Assembly: GCF_006345805.1 (NCBI RefSeq)
Contig: NC_043013.1
Coordinates: forward strand, 21,638,001 to 21,702,000
Source of the DNA: Octopus sinensis
Taxonomy: Eukaryota
DNA: 64,000 nt
Reading direction: 5' to 3'
Made by a program: the position numbers and the translations under genes. Shown piece after piece: positions 11,803-25,070 of this stretch (position 1 is its first letter; the number at the start of each line of letters is the position of its first letter). Below the pieces are notes generated by a model that saw nothing but the letters and a program-made list of their open reading frames with translations, was not told the origin of the DNA and searched no databases.

Positions 11803-11992
11803 ACTCTTTTACTTGTTTCAATCATTTGACTGCGGCCATGCTGGAGCACCGCCTTTAGTCGAGCAAATTGACCCCGGGACTTATTCTTTGTAAGCCCAGT
11901 ACTTATTCTATCGGTCTCTTTTGCCGAACCGCTAAGTGACGGGGACGTAAACACACCACCATCGGTTGTCAAGCAATGTTAGGGGGACAAAC

Positions 11993-12045
<53 letters not shown>

Positions 12046-12216
12046 CATATATACGACAGGCTTCTTTCAGTTTCCGTCTACAAAATCCACTCACAAGGCA
12101 TTGGTCAGCCCGGGGCTATAGCAGAAGACACTTTCCCAAGATGCCACGCAGTGGGACTGAACCCGGAACCATGTGGTTGGTTAGCAAGCTACTTACCACA
12201 CAGCCACTCCTGCGCC
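11803..12216 (-). mobile_element. Composite tRNA/CORE-type SINE
   Basis: Reverse complement of the 9968-10350 family. Confidence 0.85.
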
Positions 12217-12379
12217 TATATTTTTATAATTGAGTAGTCATCATCAACATCATCATCATCATCTCAGATAGGAGAAACTTATATGAATTAAAGGAGTATT
12301 ATTTCATTATATCGTTGATCCCTATTTTATATTTTGAAATTAATCAATTTTAATATTTCTAAACTTTACACTTTGACAG

Positions 12380-12461
12380 GATACCTGTGTCGGCTTCCTC
12401 CTGGGTGGAATTGGTGAACTCAACAAGAATAGACAACAGAACTTTCTGGTTGTTAATAAAA
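12380..12461 (+). CDS. ATP6V1F: V-ATPase subunit F exon 2 ([27 protein letters not shown])
   Basis: acag|GAT acceptor; conserved [14 protein letters not shown]; phase-1 donor gtaact. Confidence 0.95.
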
Positions 12462-12639
12462 GTAACTACTTTGTTTTTTACATTTCAATTTCAAGACCAA
12501 AATAATATAATTACCGTTAATTATCTATTTAGTGATTCATTATGACTATGATGATTAATAATTTCTCTCTGATCTGCACGGTATACAAGCATACTTCAAC
12601 TTAGATTATTCAATTGACATTCTTTCCAGTGTTACTCTT

Positions 12640-12879
12640 ACTCTTTACTCTTTTACTTGTTTCAGTCATTTGACTGCGGCCATGCTGGAGCACCGCCTTT
12701 TAGTTGAGCAAATCGACCCCAGGACTTATTCTTTATAAGCCGAGTACTTATTCTATCAGTCTATTTTGCCGAACCGCCAAGTAACGGGGACGTAAACATA
12801 CCAGCATCGGTTGTCAAGCGATGTTGGGGGGACAAAGACAGACACACAAACACACACACACACACACACATATATATAC

Positions 12880-12915
<36 letters not shown>

Positions 12916-13077
12916 GACAGGCTTCTTTCAGTTTCCGTCTACCAAATCCACTCACAAGGCATTGGTCGGCCCGAGGCTATAGTAGAAGACACTTGCCCAA
13001 GGTGCCATGCAGTGGGACTGAACCCGGAACCGTGTGGTTGGTAAGCAAGCTTCTTACGACACAGCCACTCCTGCGCC
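12640..13077 (-). mobile_element. Composite tRNA/CORE-type SINE
   Basis: Same family as above. Confidence 0.85.
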
Positions 13078-13396
13078 TGTTATATAATTTAGTTTTAAGA
13101 AATGAATAGAGGAAGCTAAACCTCAGCTTCAATTGATTTTATTCATTTTTTATGATGGTCTCAGCAAGCATGTCTAACAGCATAGCAACTTTTTAAAGAG
13201 ATAACCACCTAAAAATCAGTACTAAAGCAGTAAAAAAAGAAAAAATGAAATACAGGTGAAAATATACACAAACTATTTTTAATAAAAAGATATAAGCTAA
13301 TAAATCTTGCTTTTCATGGTATGTCATTTTGCAAATTTTCAACATGAGCTGATGGTACACCTGTATTCTAATTCTATATAATGTGTAACTGCTATT

Positions 13397-14100
13397 CATC
13401 ATCATCATCATCATCATCATTTAACGTCCGCTTTCCATGCTAGCATGGGTTGGACGGTTCAACTGGGGTCTGGGGAGCCCGAAGGCTGCACCAGGCCAGT
13501 CAGATCTGGCAGTGTTTCTACAGCTGGATGCCCTTCCTAACGCCAACCACTCCGAGAGTGTAGTGGGTGATTTTATGTGCCACCGACACAGGTGCCAGAC
13601 GAGGCTGGCGAACGGCCACGCCCGGATGGTGTTTTTATGTGCCACCGACACAGGTGCCAGACGAGGCTGGCGAACGGCCACGCTCGGATGGTGTTTTTAT
13701 GTGCCACCGACACAGGTGCCAGACGAGGCTGGCGAACGGCCACACTCGGATGGTGTTTTTATGTGCCACCGGGTCTTCTCACGCACAGCATACTTCCATA
13801 GGTCTCGGTCTCTAGTCATTTCCTTGGTGAGACCTAAAGTTCGAAGGTCGTGCTTCACCACTTCGTCCCAGGTTTTCCTGGGTCTACCTCTTCCACAGGT
13901 TCCCTCAACTGCTTGGGTGTAGCACTTTTGCACACAACTATCTTCAGCCATTCTCGTCATATGACCATACCAGCGCAGCCGTCTCTCTTGCACACCACAA
14001 CTGACGCTTCTTAGGTTCAACTTTTCTCTCAAGGTACTTACACTCTGACGATTATGAACACTGACATTACACATCCATCGGAGCATACTGGCTTCATTGT
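13397..14100 (-). mobile_element. RTE LINE 3' end, 5'-truncated, with 62-bp 3'UTR minisatellite x3 and (ATG)n tail
   Basis: EASMLRWMCNV…RRLRWYGHMTRM…GRGRPRKTW; repeat starts at 13575, 13637, 13699 and 13761. Confidence 0.85.
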
Positions 14101-14735
14101 CCACAAGGGACTAAACATAGAGGGGATAAACAAGGACAGACAAAAGGATTAAGTTGATTACATCAACCCCAGTGCATAACTGGTACTTAATTTATCAACC
14201 CTGAAAGGATGAAAGGCAAAATCGACCTCGGCGGAATTTAAACACAGAACGTAAAGACAGACGAAATACCTATTTCTTTACTACCCACGAGGGACTAAAC
14301 ACAGAGAGGACACACAAGGACAGACAAACGGATTAAGTCGATTATATCAATCCCAGTGCGTAACTGGTACTTATTTAATTGACCCTGAAAGGATGAAATG
14401 CAAAGTCGACCTTGGCGGAATTTGAACGTAACGGCAGACGAAATATCATTAAGCATTTCATCTGATGTGCTAATGTTTCTGCCAGCTTACCGCCAGTAAC
14501 TACTATTGTTTCTTGCCATGTCAAATGTAATTTGGCATTAAGTTATATCAGTTCTATATTGGTTAAGCACCCACTGTCTGTTACAATACATTTGTGACGT
14601 ATTTTATCAATTTCAGCCACAAAACATTTTCCTATGTAATACCTTATGTAGTTGTTAAGGTGGCTCCAGCTGGCAGAACCATTAGTATGCCAGGCAAAAT
14701 GCTTAGCACCACTTTGTCAGTATTCACATCTTTAA

Positions 14736-14955
14736 CCCTTTTGTTACTAACCCGGCCAAAACTGGCTCTGGCTCAGTGGTCAAATGTTTTGTTTTCATAA
14801 GCTTTGAATTAAAATCTTCCACCAAGCCTTAGTCACAATTTAAGTTCCTAACACTAACTTAATGATAACTGAGTTATTTTACTAAATTCTTTGTTATGTT
14901 TAAAATAATTGAAAGAAACAAAGAGCATCTCAAAATAAATACAGTAACAAAAGGG
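14736..14955. mobile_element. piggyBac-type MITE nested in an OR-like SINE
   Basis: 13-bp TIR cccttttgttact / agtaacaaaaggg; TTAA at 14732-35 and 14956-59; SINE head to the left and SINE core to the right. Confidence 0.8.
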
Positions 14956-15407
14956 TTAATTCAAATGTCACTGGGGTTGACTCTGCCTTTCATCCTTTGG
15001 GGTCAATAAAACAAGTACCAGTCAAACACTGGAGTCAATGTAATTGACTTAGCCCCTTCCCCGAAATTGCGGGCCTTGTGCCAAAATTTGAAACCAGTAT
15101 TTTATGTAGTTGTATAATGAGTGTCATAGAACAATAGATTAGCTAATAACAAATTGAGACTCACACAGTTTCAATCCTTTATGTAACCGTTTATCTCATT
15201 TGAGAGAACCTTTAGTGTCACATTTCTCATTTTCTAAAAAAACAGAAAATAGACATTGTGCTTTGTAAAGAAACCGATGTTCAATTAAGTCTTGTAATGT
15301 TTGTTTTTGTATGTCCCTGTGACAAATAAAACATTCTTAGAGTTGTAATTTCAGAACTATTTTGAATTGTCTTATAAAATTACCATTTCATTTTTCTTTT
15401 TTTATAG

Positions 15408-15490
15408 ACACCAGTATCAGTGAAATAGAAGAGTTTTTCCGGGCATTATTATTGCGTGCAGACATTGCAATTATTCTGATAAACCAAAAT
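15408..15490 (+). CDS. ATP6V1F: V-ATPase subunit F exon 3 ((N)TSISEIEEFFRALLLRADIAIILINQN)
   Basis: tttttatag| acceptor, phase matches exon 2; donor gtaagt; conserved IILINQ. Confidence 0.95.
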
Positions 15491-15593
15491 GTAAGTGGAT
15501 TCTTACCTTTCTTTACGTGTTATGCTCGATAAAACTAACATACGGCTAATTTTATTCTCAACAAAGGAAATCTGATATTTCAAATGGATTTCA

Positions 15594-16633
15594 TTACCTC
15601 CGCCAAGGAAAGAGGTTATGTTTTCATTGGCGTTTGTCCGTCTGTGTGCAAAATAACTCAAAAAGTTGTGAACAGTATTTCATGAAACTTACAGGAAATG
15701 TTGGTACAAGGAACAGACGATGAAATTTTGGTAGTGATCTGGGAACTTTTAAGGATTCTTGAAATATTTTTCATTTGTTATATCTACTTTACATGAAATC
15801 TCCCTTGAAAACACGTTCATCATTTCCATGTAACCTATGGTGGCGTTGCTGATTCCAAAGTTTATTTTTGTTTCTCTATTAGTAGTTTTAATCACGTATC
15901 TATCTTAAAATGAACTGCTTGGTGGAGGTCTGCGGAAGATGACATGACAAGCCTTGACTATTGGGATCAACTCAAAAAGCTCAAGCTTTGCTCCCTTCAC
16001 TGCCGCTGTGAACTCTATATCTTCTGTATGATGTGGAAAATATTCCATCAACATTGCCCATCTTTAAAATTCATCCGAGGCACGTGCCATCCGTCCACTA
16101 CATAGTATCATATCACAACACCATGACTGGACTATTTCACCTCAATTGGCCCTGCTCTCTTCAACATCGTGCTAGACACACATAAAGAAGGAAAGTGACT
16201 TCATGGCACTCAAATGATCCTTAGATGATTACCCCCAGCAAATACCAGATAAATGACCCACACCCAGATATGTCCCTGAAAACAATAACCCTCTGCTTGA
16301 AAGGGCTATGGTTCCCCAGAACTACCTGTGTATCTCTTCCAGGTGGTGCTATTAAATTAGACATGTCCTGGGTCAACTTCGGCTGAAACTTATCTAAGTA
16401 ATCTAATCTATGCTGTAACCTTTTAATCAAAGCATGACAATGTGGGTAGAGGCTGATATCTTAACATTTCTGATGGTCTTAAGTATAAACAAGATTCCAT
16501 AAAATTCCCAGATCACTACCAAAATTTCATCATCTGTTCCTTGTCATTGCCAACTTTTTGAGTTATTTTGCAGACAGACAGACAGACAAGCCAATGCCGA
16601 TGAAAACATAACCTCCTTCCTTGGCAGAGGTAA
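15594..16633. mobile_element. Non-autonomous element with long imperfect TIRs, carrying a central CR1-like fragment (~15937-16400)
   Basis: ttacctccgccaaggaaagaggttatgttttca / tgaaaacataacctccttccttggcagaggtaa; inner peptide LDYWDQLKKLKLCSL…MWKIF; a further arm near 17070. Confidence 0.7.
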
Positions 16634-17430
16634 AAAAAATTATCAAAGATTTATATAGAACTACATTCAGAGTATGTCTATGAGCTATTGTGTTTAGACC
16701 TGGTTTCTATTCTCAAACTGTTCTGTTTTTTTTTTTTTTTAAATAAAGCACTCCTAAATTAGAAAAATCAAAAATCTGCAGCAATCTCGGTCCCATGAGT
16801 ATTGGATAATGGATTTTCAATTGTGTAAAGAAACTGATTGTGGTTATTGTAGTTTTGATGATGATTGCGGTGAAAACAGATACGATGGTTGAGATAAGTA
16901 TGGGAGGAGGATAAAATAGTATCGGTGGTTATAATGGCGACAGGAGTGGTGTGATGTGTGATGCTGAGGTGATGGTGGTAATAGTGGTGTTGATGATAGT
17001 GTTAGTTGTGTGATGGTGGTATTGCAGTGGTTATACTGGTTGTGATGGTGAAAGTGACTGTGTCATTTTTTTTTACCCCCACCAAGGAGGTTATGCTTTT
17101 GCTGGCATTGGTTTGGGAAACTGGGCGATTTTCAGCATGCGTGTATATGGGTGGAAGTGAGCTGCTTGGCAGGGTCTACACTCTCCGGGTGCTTTTCTAT
17201 TGTCTTTATGGATTAGCTGGAAGAAGGTTTATATTCATGGCCTTTTTGACACTCCTAGAAGGAAATGAGAAAGTTATCCTAAGACCAGGGGGCCTTGCCC
17301 AAATATTTGCAGTATTATGAACACTGCTAAAGGGACCCATGAATTAAGTGATAATAGTGGTAAATGAGGTACGGGATTAACTGCATCAGCCAAGAAGCTA
17401 CACAGTCGTCCACATGTATGTATTCTGATG

Positions 17431-17637
17431 CTGGAAACTTGTTTCATTCATCATCCTTAAACACCCTTATTCAGTAAACCTTTTGACCAGGATGGGTTCC
17501 TTGACCTGAAGAATATTTTAACTGGACCCCACCTGAAGGACATGCATTGTTTATCTTGATATGCGGTCACCATGTTGCACACATACACTTGTGATGCATG
17601 TGCCTGGTGTACCCTTGATGGCTTGCATTGCTCTCTC
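17431..17637 (+). mobile_element. 5'-truncated copy of the 556-bp (AAT)n-tailed element
   Basis: Homologous to the 3' half of 53631-54186; ends ctgctctctc-like + (AAT)n. Confidence 0.7.
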
Positions 17638-17643
17638 AATAAT

Positions 17644-17674
<31 letters not shown>

Positions 17675-20377
17675 TCACAAAGCTGGCAATTTTGATGTGA
17701 TGAAATTAGTTGATACCATTGACCAATATTTGACAGGTTCTTTGTTTCATTGACCCTGGAAGGATGAAAGGCAAGAGGTTGACTCCAATGGAATTTGAAC
17801 TTAGACTGTAAAGTTAGAACTACCACTAAGCATTTCATCTGATGCTCTAACGATTCTGCCAACTTGCCACCTTAATAATAATAATTTCAAAGTTTGGCAC
17901 AGGGCCTGCAGTTTTGAAGGGAGGGGAAGCCATTTACATTGACAGTTCCCTTCTCTCATCTTTTCCCCACTGCTCAACTGGTACTTATTTTATCAACCCA
18001 AAAAAGATGAAAAGCAAAGTCGACTTTGGTAGAATTTGAGCTTAGAGCGTAATGACTGATGGAATACCACTAAGTATTTTGTCTGGTGTGCTAACCATTC
18101 TGCCACTTTGCCACCTTAATAAATGTAGTAGTAATAATAATAATAATAATAATAATCCTTTCTGCTATAGGCTCAAGGCCTGAAATTTTGAGGGAGAGGG
18201 CTTATTGATTACACTGACCCCAGTGCTTATAACCCTGAAAGGATGGAAAGCAAAGTCTGTCTTGGCAGATTTTGAACTCACAATGTAAAGATGGATATGC
18301 TAATATTTCTGTCACTTTGCTGCTTTAATAATAATAATAAGGCGGTGAACTGGCAGAAACGTTAGCACGCCAGGCAAAATGCTTAGTGGTATTTCGTCAG
18401 CCACTATGTTCTGAGTTCAAATTCCACAGAGGTCGACTTTGCCTTTCATCCTTTCGGGGTCGATTAAATAAGTACCAGTTACGCACTGGAGTTGATATAA
18501 TCGACTTAATCCGTTTGTCTGTCCTTGTTTGTCTCCTCTGTGTTTAGCCTCTTGTAAGCAATCATCATCATCATCATTTAGCGTCCGCTTTCCATGCTAG
18601 CATGGGTTGGACGGGTCAACTGGGGTCTGTGAAGCCAGAAGGCTGCATCAGGCCCAGTCTGATCTGGCAGTGTTTCTACGGCTGGATGCCCTTCCTAACG
18701 CCAACCACTCTGTGAGTGTAGTGGGTGCTTTTTACGTGCCACACGCACAGGTGCCAGACGAAGCTGGCAAACGGCCACGGACGGATGGTGCTTTTTATGT
18801 GCCACCGGCATGGGGGCCAGGCGAGGCTGGCAACAGCCACGATCGGATGGTGCTTTTTACGTGCCACCGGCACGGGGGCCAGGCGAAAGAAAGAAATTAA
18901 TAATAATAATAAGAAGAATCCTTTCTACTATAGGCACAAGGCCTTAAATTTTGGATGAAGGGATTAGTCAATAACTCTGGCCCCAGTGCTCAACTGGTTC
19001 TTATTTTATCAATCCTCAAAAACTGACCTCAGCAGAATTTGCACTCTGAATGTGAAGACAGACAGAATGCCTCTATACACTTTGTGTGACATGTTAATGG
19101 TTCTTCCAACTCAGTCATGCAAGAATGAAGAGAAAGTCAATCTTTAACACCGAGCATAATGGAACGCAAGTCTGTTATTTCTAATGATTCTCTTATTCTA
19201 GTGCACCTCACGAAATTTTGGTAAAGGTGTTTATATTCAAGCAAAGTAGTTAGAAAAGTCTTCGATATGAAAGCACTAACCGTACCAAGAAGTAATATTT
19301 ATTGTCACATCAATATGGCTGTTTGACGTTACTACCATTTTAACCCCTGGCAGATCCACTGCCAGCTGGTTACCTATGCAACCTGCACCCTGTATATATT
19401 GTAAGCAGGGGAGTGAACCCTACCATCCTCCAGCAGATGGCAGGTTCACGAGGCCGAACAGTTTTGGGCTAGTTGTGCCCATTATTAGTCGTGAACACCC
19501 AACTCCTAGAAATAGAGATTCGCTCCAGCTTGCAATATATAGAAAAATATATTCCACTTAACCTGATAAATTGGACTGAATACATACAAAAAGGTCACAT
19601 ACAGTAAAACGTTATAAATCAACTGAATTTTTTCACCAACACAGAGGTGCTATCTACTCTTTCTACATATTCTACTACAACTGCCTCTGCTCCTCCGAAA
19701 TAGCCACCAATTCCTTTCTGACACACTTCTCTTGTTCTTCATCACATCTATTTTGACCAGCCAATGTTTGAGTCTTTATGTAGTAGGTGCTTTTTACGTG
19801 CCACCGGCAAGTAAAAAGCACCCACTACACTCTCTGAGTAGTTGGCATTAGGAAGGGCATCCTGCTGTAGAAACTTTGCCAGATTGGAGTCTGGTACAGC
19901 CTTCTGGCTTCCTAGTTCCCCAGTCAAACCGTCCAGCATGGAAAGTGGACGTTAAATAACAATGATGATGAAAAAAGAAATTTTTAAATTAAAAAAAATT
20001 TTTTAAATCACTGTTTAAACTATGGACAGTCTGCAATAGACCATCAAATGTGTTTATGGGGACAAAGATATTGGAAAACATCAATACATCACACTGGCAT
20101 CACACAAACGAAGAGGGTATGAGATGTTATGAGATGTGCTAAAAATAATACGTAAATAGCCCTTAAGTCAAGCGCCATAAATTTAAAGTTTTGGTGGATT
20201 TTTGCATATTTATATGAAACTCCATGTGTGGAACATGAATTTGCAAACATTTTCTGACAATTTCAAAAAATAAATTCTGCTGCTTTCCAGACAAGATTCA
20301 TTTCCAATTGCATTATCAAGTTTATGATAAAACAATTAACAAAATGTTGTACATCCAGTTTTTGACCTTATGTTGTT

Positions 20378-21021
20378 CATCATCATCGTTTAACGTCCGC
20401 TTTCCATGCTAGCATGGGTTGGACGATTTTGACTGAGGGCTGGCGAGCCAGATGGCTGCACCAGGCCCCACTCTTGATCTGGCAGAGTTTCTACAGTTGG
20501 ATGCCCTTCCTAATGCCAACCACTCCAAGAGTGTAGTGGGTGCTTTTTATGTGCCACCGGCACAGGGGCCAGTCAGGCAGTACTGGCAACGACCAAGCTC
20601 GAATCTTTTTATGCCGGTGGCACAGGTGTCAGTAAGGCGATGCTGGTAATGATCACGCTCGAATGGTGTCTTTTACGTTCCGCTGGCACGGAGGCCAGAT
20701 AGCCGCTCTGGCAGCGATCACGCTCAGATAGTGCTCTTGGCACCCTACAAGCATGGGCACAAGTGCCAGTAAAGCGATGCTGGTAATGATCACACTCGAA
20801 TGGTGCCCTTTTATGTGCCACTGGCACGGAAGCCAGTTAGCCGCTCTGTCAACGATCAAACTCGTATGGTGCTCTTTGCACCCTGCTAGCATGGATGCCA
20901 GTCATTGAATTTGATTTGATTTCGATTTCACTTGCCTCAACAGGTCTTCGCAAGCAGAGTTTAGTGACCAAAGAAGGAAAAGGTATGCATAAGCGGGCTG
21001 GTTACGCTCCTGGCATAGGCA
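20378..21021 (-). mobile_element. RTE 3'UTR-only copy; further tail copies at 18562-18885(-), 19785-19972(+), 21542-21579(-) and 23070-23489(+)
   Basis: (cat)n-ttaacgtccgctttccatgctagcatgggttggacg terminus shared with the RT-bearing copies. Confidence 0.8.
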
Positions 21022-21351
21022 TTTTGTAAATTTGGAAGCATTAGGACAAGTAATTTTGCAAGCTTGATATTTCTAATTTTCAGTTCAGATGATGAAAGAA
21101 ACTATGATGTTACTTAACCTGAAACTTTCTATAATTTGCACTTAAAGCCATTAACTGCAAAAGTAAATTTCATGGTTATTCTAGGAATGATGTTAAATAT
21201 CTACCAATGAATAGAATTGGTATTCTCTGCCAGTCATGCTATCTCAACAGAAAATAGTTCCAAATATGACATTCTTCAAAAGAAGCTTGCTATATAAAAT
21301 TACTTGCTGCAGTTAAAAGTAATGATATTTTAAGTGGATATATCTGCTCCC

Positions 21352-21511
21352 TGCAGGCGTGACTGTGTGGTAAAAAAGTTTGCTTCTCAACCATGTTTCT
21401 GGGTTCAATTCCACTGCATGGCACCCTGGGCAAGTGTCTTCTACTACAACCTTTGGGTTGACCAAAGCTTTGTGAGTGGTTTTGGTAGACAGAAACTGAA
21501 AAGAAGCGTGT

Positions 21512-21542
<31 letters not shown>

Positions 21543-21830
21543 CATCATCATCATCATTTAACGTCCGCTTTCCATGCTAATATATATATTATATTATATA
21601 ATATATATATGTGTGTGCGGTGTCTTCATGTCTGTGTTTATCTCCCCACTACATCTTGACAAACAGTGTTGGTGTGTTTACATTCCTGTAAGTTAGTGGG
21701 TTTGCAAAAAAGACCATTAAAGTAAGTACTTGAAAAAAAAAAGTTCTGAAGTCGATTCATTTGACTAGATTTCTTCAAGTTGTTGCCCCAGCATGGCCGC
21801 AATCAAACGACTGAAGCAAATTAAAGATAA
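21352..21830 (+). mobile_element. Composite CORE-type SINE with a 38-bp RTE tail fragment inside its microsatellite
   Basis: Family match; catcatcatttaacgtccgctttccatgcta at 21542-21579. Confidence 0.7.
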
Positions 21831-22188
21831 AAGGATTAAATAAATCATTTTGTTCCACCAATCTAATAACCCTCACCACCTTCACTCAGTCGGTTTGGGA
21901 TTAGCGAACTATGATTTGTGCCATTCCTTAAGGTAGATTTTTAAAAAACTTTCACTCTTCTTTCTCCAAGATGCTATAAATGATTTCCTTTTCCCATTGA
22001 AATGTTTCCTGGGTACACATAATCCTGTCCCCTTCTATGCACTTCTCCATCCTTTCCAACTTGACAAAAAGTTACTAGAGTATAAGATGCGGAAAACCAT
22101 GTTGCATTTTTTGTTCATTTAATTACCTGAAGCAAAAGCATAAGTAGTTGTTTATTTTATTATTTTTTTGGTTTTTTTTTTGGTACAG

Positions 22189-22311
22189 ATTGCTGAATTA
22201 ATCCGTCATGCTATTGATTCGCACACCTTACCAATCCCTGCTGTTCTAGAAATTCCAAGTAAAGATCACCCCTATGACCCCAGTAAAGATTCTATTCTTA
22301 GAAGAGCCAAG
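22189..22311 (+). CDS. ATP6V1F: V-ATPase subunit F exon 4 ([41 protein letters not shown])
   Basis: tacag| acceptor and |gtaaga donor; conserved [21 protein letters not shown]. Confidence 0.97.
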
Positions 22312-24194
22312 GTAAGAGCCTGTTTTTTTTTAAAGTCTGCAATAGTTTTATTGCATAAATGCATATATTATTATTTTTCTCGTTTTTTTCAACTTAATAC
22401 ATTTAAACAAGGGGAAAGGTATTAGGGCATTAGGTCAAGAACATGTGATTTAAGTCTTCAATAGATCTGTATCCAAAACTTTTGTGTATGTCTTTGTTTT
22501 TAGATCAGGTATGGACAACCTTTCTTGAGAACTGGACCCCATGAAACATGGCTCATCTGGTGAGCCACACTGCTAAAAAAAAACTCAAAAATCAAATTAT
22601 TGTTGGCATACCATTCAGACAGTCTCATGGCCCATATGCGGTTTACAGTTGAGAGTTTGTGTATGACTGATTTAGACTGTATCAATCAGTAGCTGCTGGG
22701 GTTTAGCCAAAGTATTTGATCCATAACAAGTTTTGTGCATGAGAAGATACAATCTCAGCACTTGTAATCTGTAAAAAAATTTTTCACCTAACATCTTAAT
22801 GACAAACTGTATCAGTAAGGATATTCCTGATTACTTCAATAACTGAGTGAAATAGTTTTCTCACTCTGTACATCTTTATGAAATTCTTTTTTCAACATTC
22901 AAGTTGCCTGAATAGCAAGCCTTCAGGATCAATTTTACAATGGATACAAGTTCAATCCCTGGTGTAGGTATTTATGTTTTTATCAAGATAGACTGTGTAT
23001 CTTGATAACACAGGATTTGGAAGATTGTATATTTCTTCCATTACAGCATTCTCATTGACAAATCGAAGTTGAAATCAAACTCGGTGACTAGCATCCATTG
23101 CTAGTGGAGCGCTAAGAGTACCATACGAGTGAGATCGTTGCCAGAGCAACAGGCTGGCCTTCGTGCTGATGGCACGTTAAACACACCATTTGAGTGTGAT
23201 CGTTACCGCGTCACCTTACTAGCACTTGTGCTGGTGGCACGTGAAACATTCGAGCGAGGTCGTCGCCAGTGCCGCTGGACTGGCTCCTGTGCAGGTGGCA
23301 TATAAGAAGAACCATTTGGGCGTGGCCTCATGCCGGTGGCACATAAAAGCATTCTTGGAGTGGTTGGCGTTTGGAAGGGCAGCCAGCTGTAGAAACTCTG
23401 CCAGATCAGATTGGAGTCTGGTTTGCCAGACTTCAGTCAAATCGTCCAACCCATGCTAGCATGGAAAGCAGACGTTAAATGATGATGAAAGAAGATACTG
23501 CAAAGCAACTGAATGCTGTAAACTGCTTGTGCAGTGGCATTTGTAAGGGATTCGTTATTTGACAATACTGTGTTTCGTTCTTCCTCCTGTAGACTGGCAG
23601 CCTATCTACGGAGAAATTGTTCTTTCATCTAATAAACACCAGGTTAGTGGACAGTAGTGATTCTAAGGGGCAGCAGACATACCTGCTTTCACTGTCACTC
23701 ATAACCTACCTTGTGTATTAATACGTAACAGAATATATATGGCACTTCACTGGTTACGGCAGTGAGGGTTCCAGTTGATTCGTTGATCCGATCAACCGAG
23801 CAGCCAGCTTGTGGAATTAACATGCAAGTGGCTGAGCACTCCACAGACACATGTACTCTTAAAGTAGTTCTCAGAGAGATTCAACACGACGCAATGTATG
23901 ACAAGGCTGGCCCTTTGAAATACAGGTTCTATTCTTCTTTGCCATCTAAGTGGACTGGAGCAACATGAAATAATGTGTCTTGCTCAAGGACACAACACAT
24001 TGCTGAGAATTGAACTCATGGCCTTATGATTATTGTGACCCAAATACCTTAACCACTACACCACACGCCTTCACACTAAGGATCTCAAAGCATTGTCGTT
24101 TCAGACAAGTAGTAAAATATAAGATATTGCTCTAATGCCTTATTCCTTTTCTTCTTTTTACATTTAATTTCTTTCTTTTTTTTTTTCTTTCCAG

Positions 24195-24224
24195 GGTATG
24201 TTTTCTGCTGAAGAATTTCGATGA
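24195..24224 (+). CDS. ATP6V1F: V-ATPase subunit F exon 5 (GMFSAEEFR*)
   Basis: Polypyrimidine tract + ccag|; matches the human GMFTAEDLR terminus; spliced CDS 366 nt = 121 aa + stop. Confidence 0.93.
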   Translation, partial: GMFSAEEFR

Positions 24225-24581
24225 TACCAATGATTTTGATCTTGTTACCTTGAGCTACTGTGGTGCTTTACATTCAAAGGGTTATATTTTCCTTCACTAT
24301 GGCATCCTTTAAAGTTCTACATTCCTGAAAGATTGGCTATGAAGATTTGATATTGAAATTTCATTCCTTAGATTAGTTATTGGTGTCACCATTGGATACG
24401 TTGAAGGAATAATAATAATAATAATAATAATTGACATTAATCAAGATGGAAGATAAATATCAAATTGTTGGTTTATTGTTCATCACAAATTGAATATTTT
24501 CTTGTTTATGTTATTTCTTTTTTGAGTCATTTTTGTTTTTTCTTTCTGAGGTATTTTTATAATTTGTTATTTTTTCCTGAA

Positions 24582-24587
24582 AATAAA
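24582..24587 (+). terminator. Candidate poly(A) signal of ATP6V1F (second AATAAA at 24764-24769)
   Basis: AATAAA downstream of the stop; usage not verifiable from sequence. Confidence 0.45.
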
Positions 24588-24934
24588 ACACAACTTTGCC
24601 ACTCTTAGATAAGATGTAGACTTATCAGAGCAACGTCAGTGTTTTGTTTGTATTTCTCTTTGTGTACAAAGACCTGTAAACAGTATTGGTCTGAATCAAA
24701 TAGTTATTGAGACTGTTTTATATGATGGTGCAGTAACTGCGCTATATAGTGTTATGAAGATTTAATAAATATTGGAGAAAAATAAGTGTAATTCTTTGAT
24801 TATTTTACATTGAGTTCGAGCAGCAGCTTGGCAGAGTCTTAAGAGTGTCATCAAAAATGACTCCTACTGTTTCTTTCAGGGTCAATAAAATTATAATAGC
24901 AGTCAAGTGCAGGGGTTGGTGTACTTTCTCAAGA

Positions 24935-25070
24935 TAGATATTTAAGCAGTGTGTTACATATCTCAGGGCCCCAATAATTACAGGTATAAATCCTGAATTG
25001 TAATCTAGATAGAGTAACCGCAGATTTCTCAATAGTTCAGCGTAGGTATTCCCTCTTTTCACTGATCTTC
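24935..25070 (-). mobile_element. R4/Dong-like LINE C-terminal fragment
   Basis: NTYAELLRNLRLLYLDYNSGFIPVIIGAL. Confidence 0.6.
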
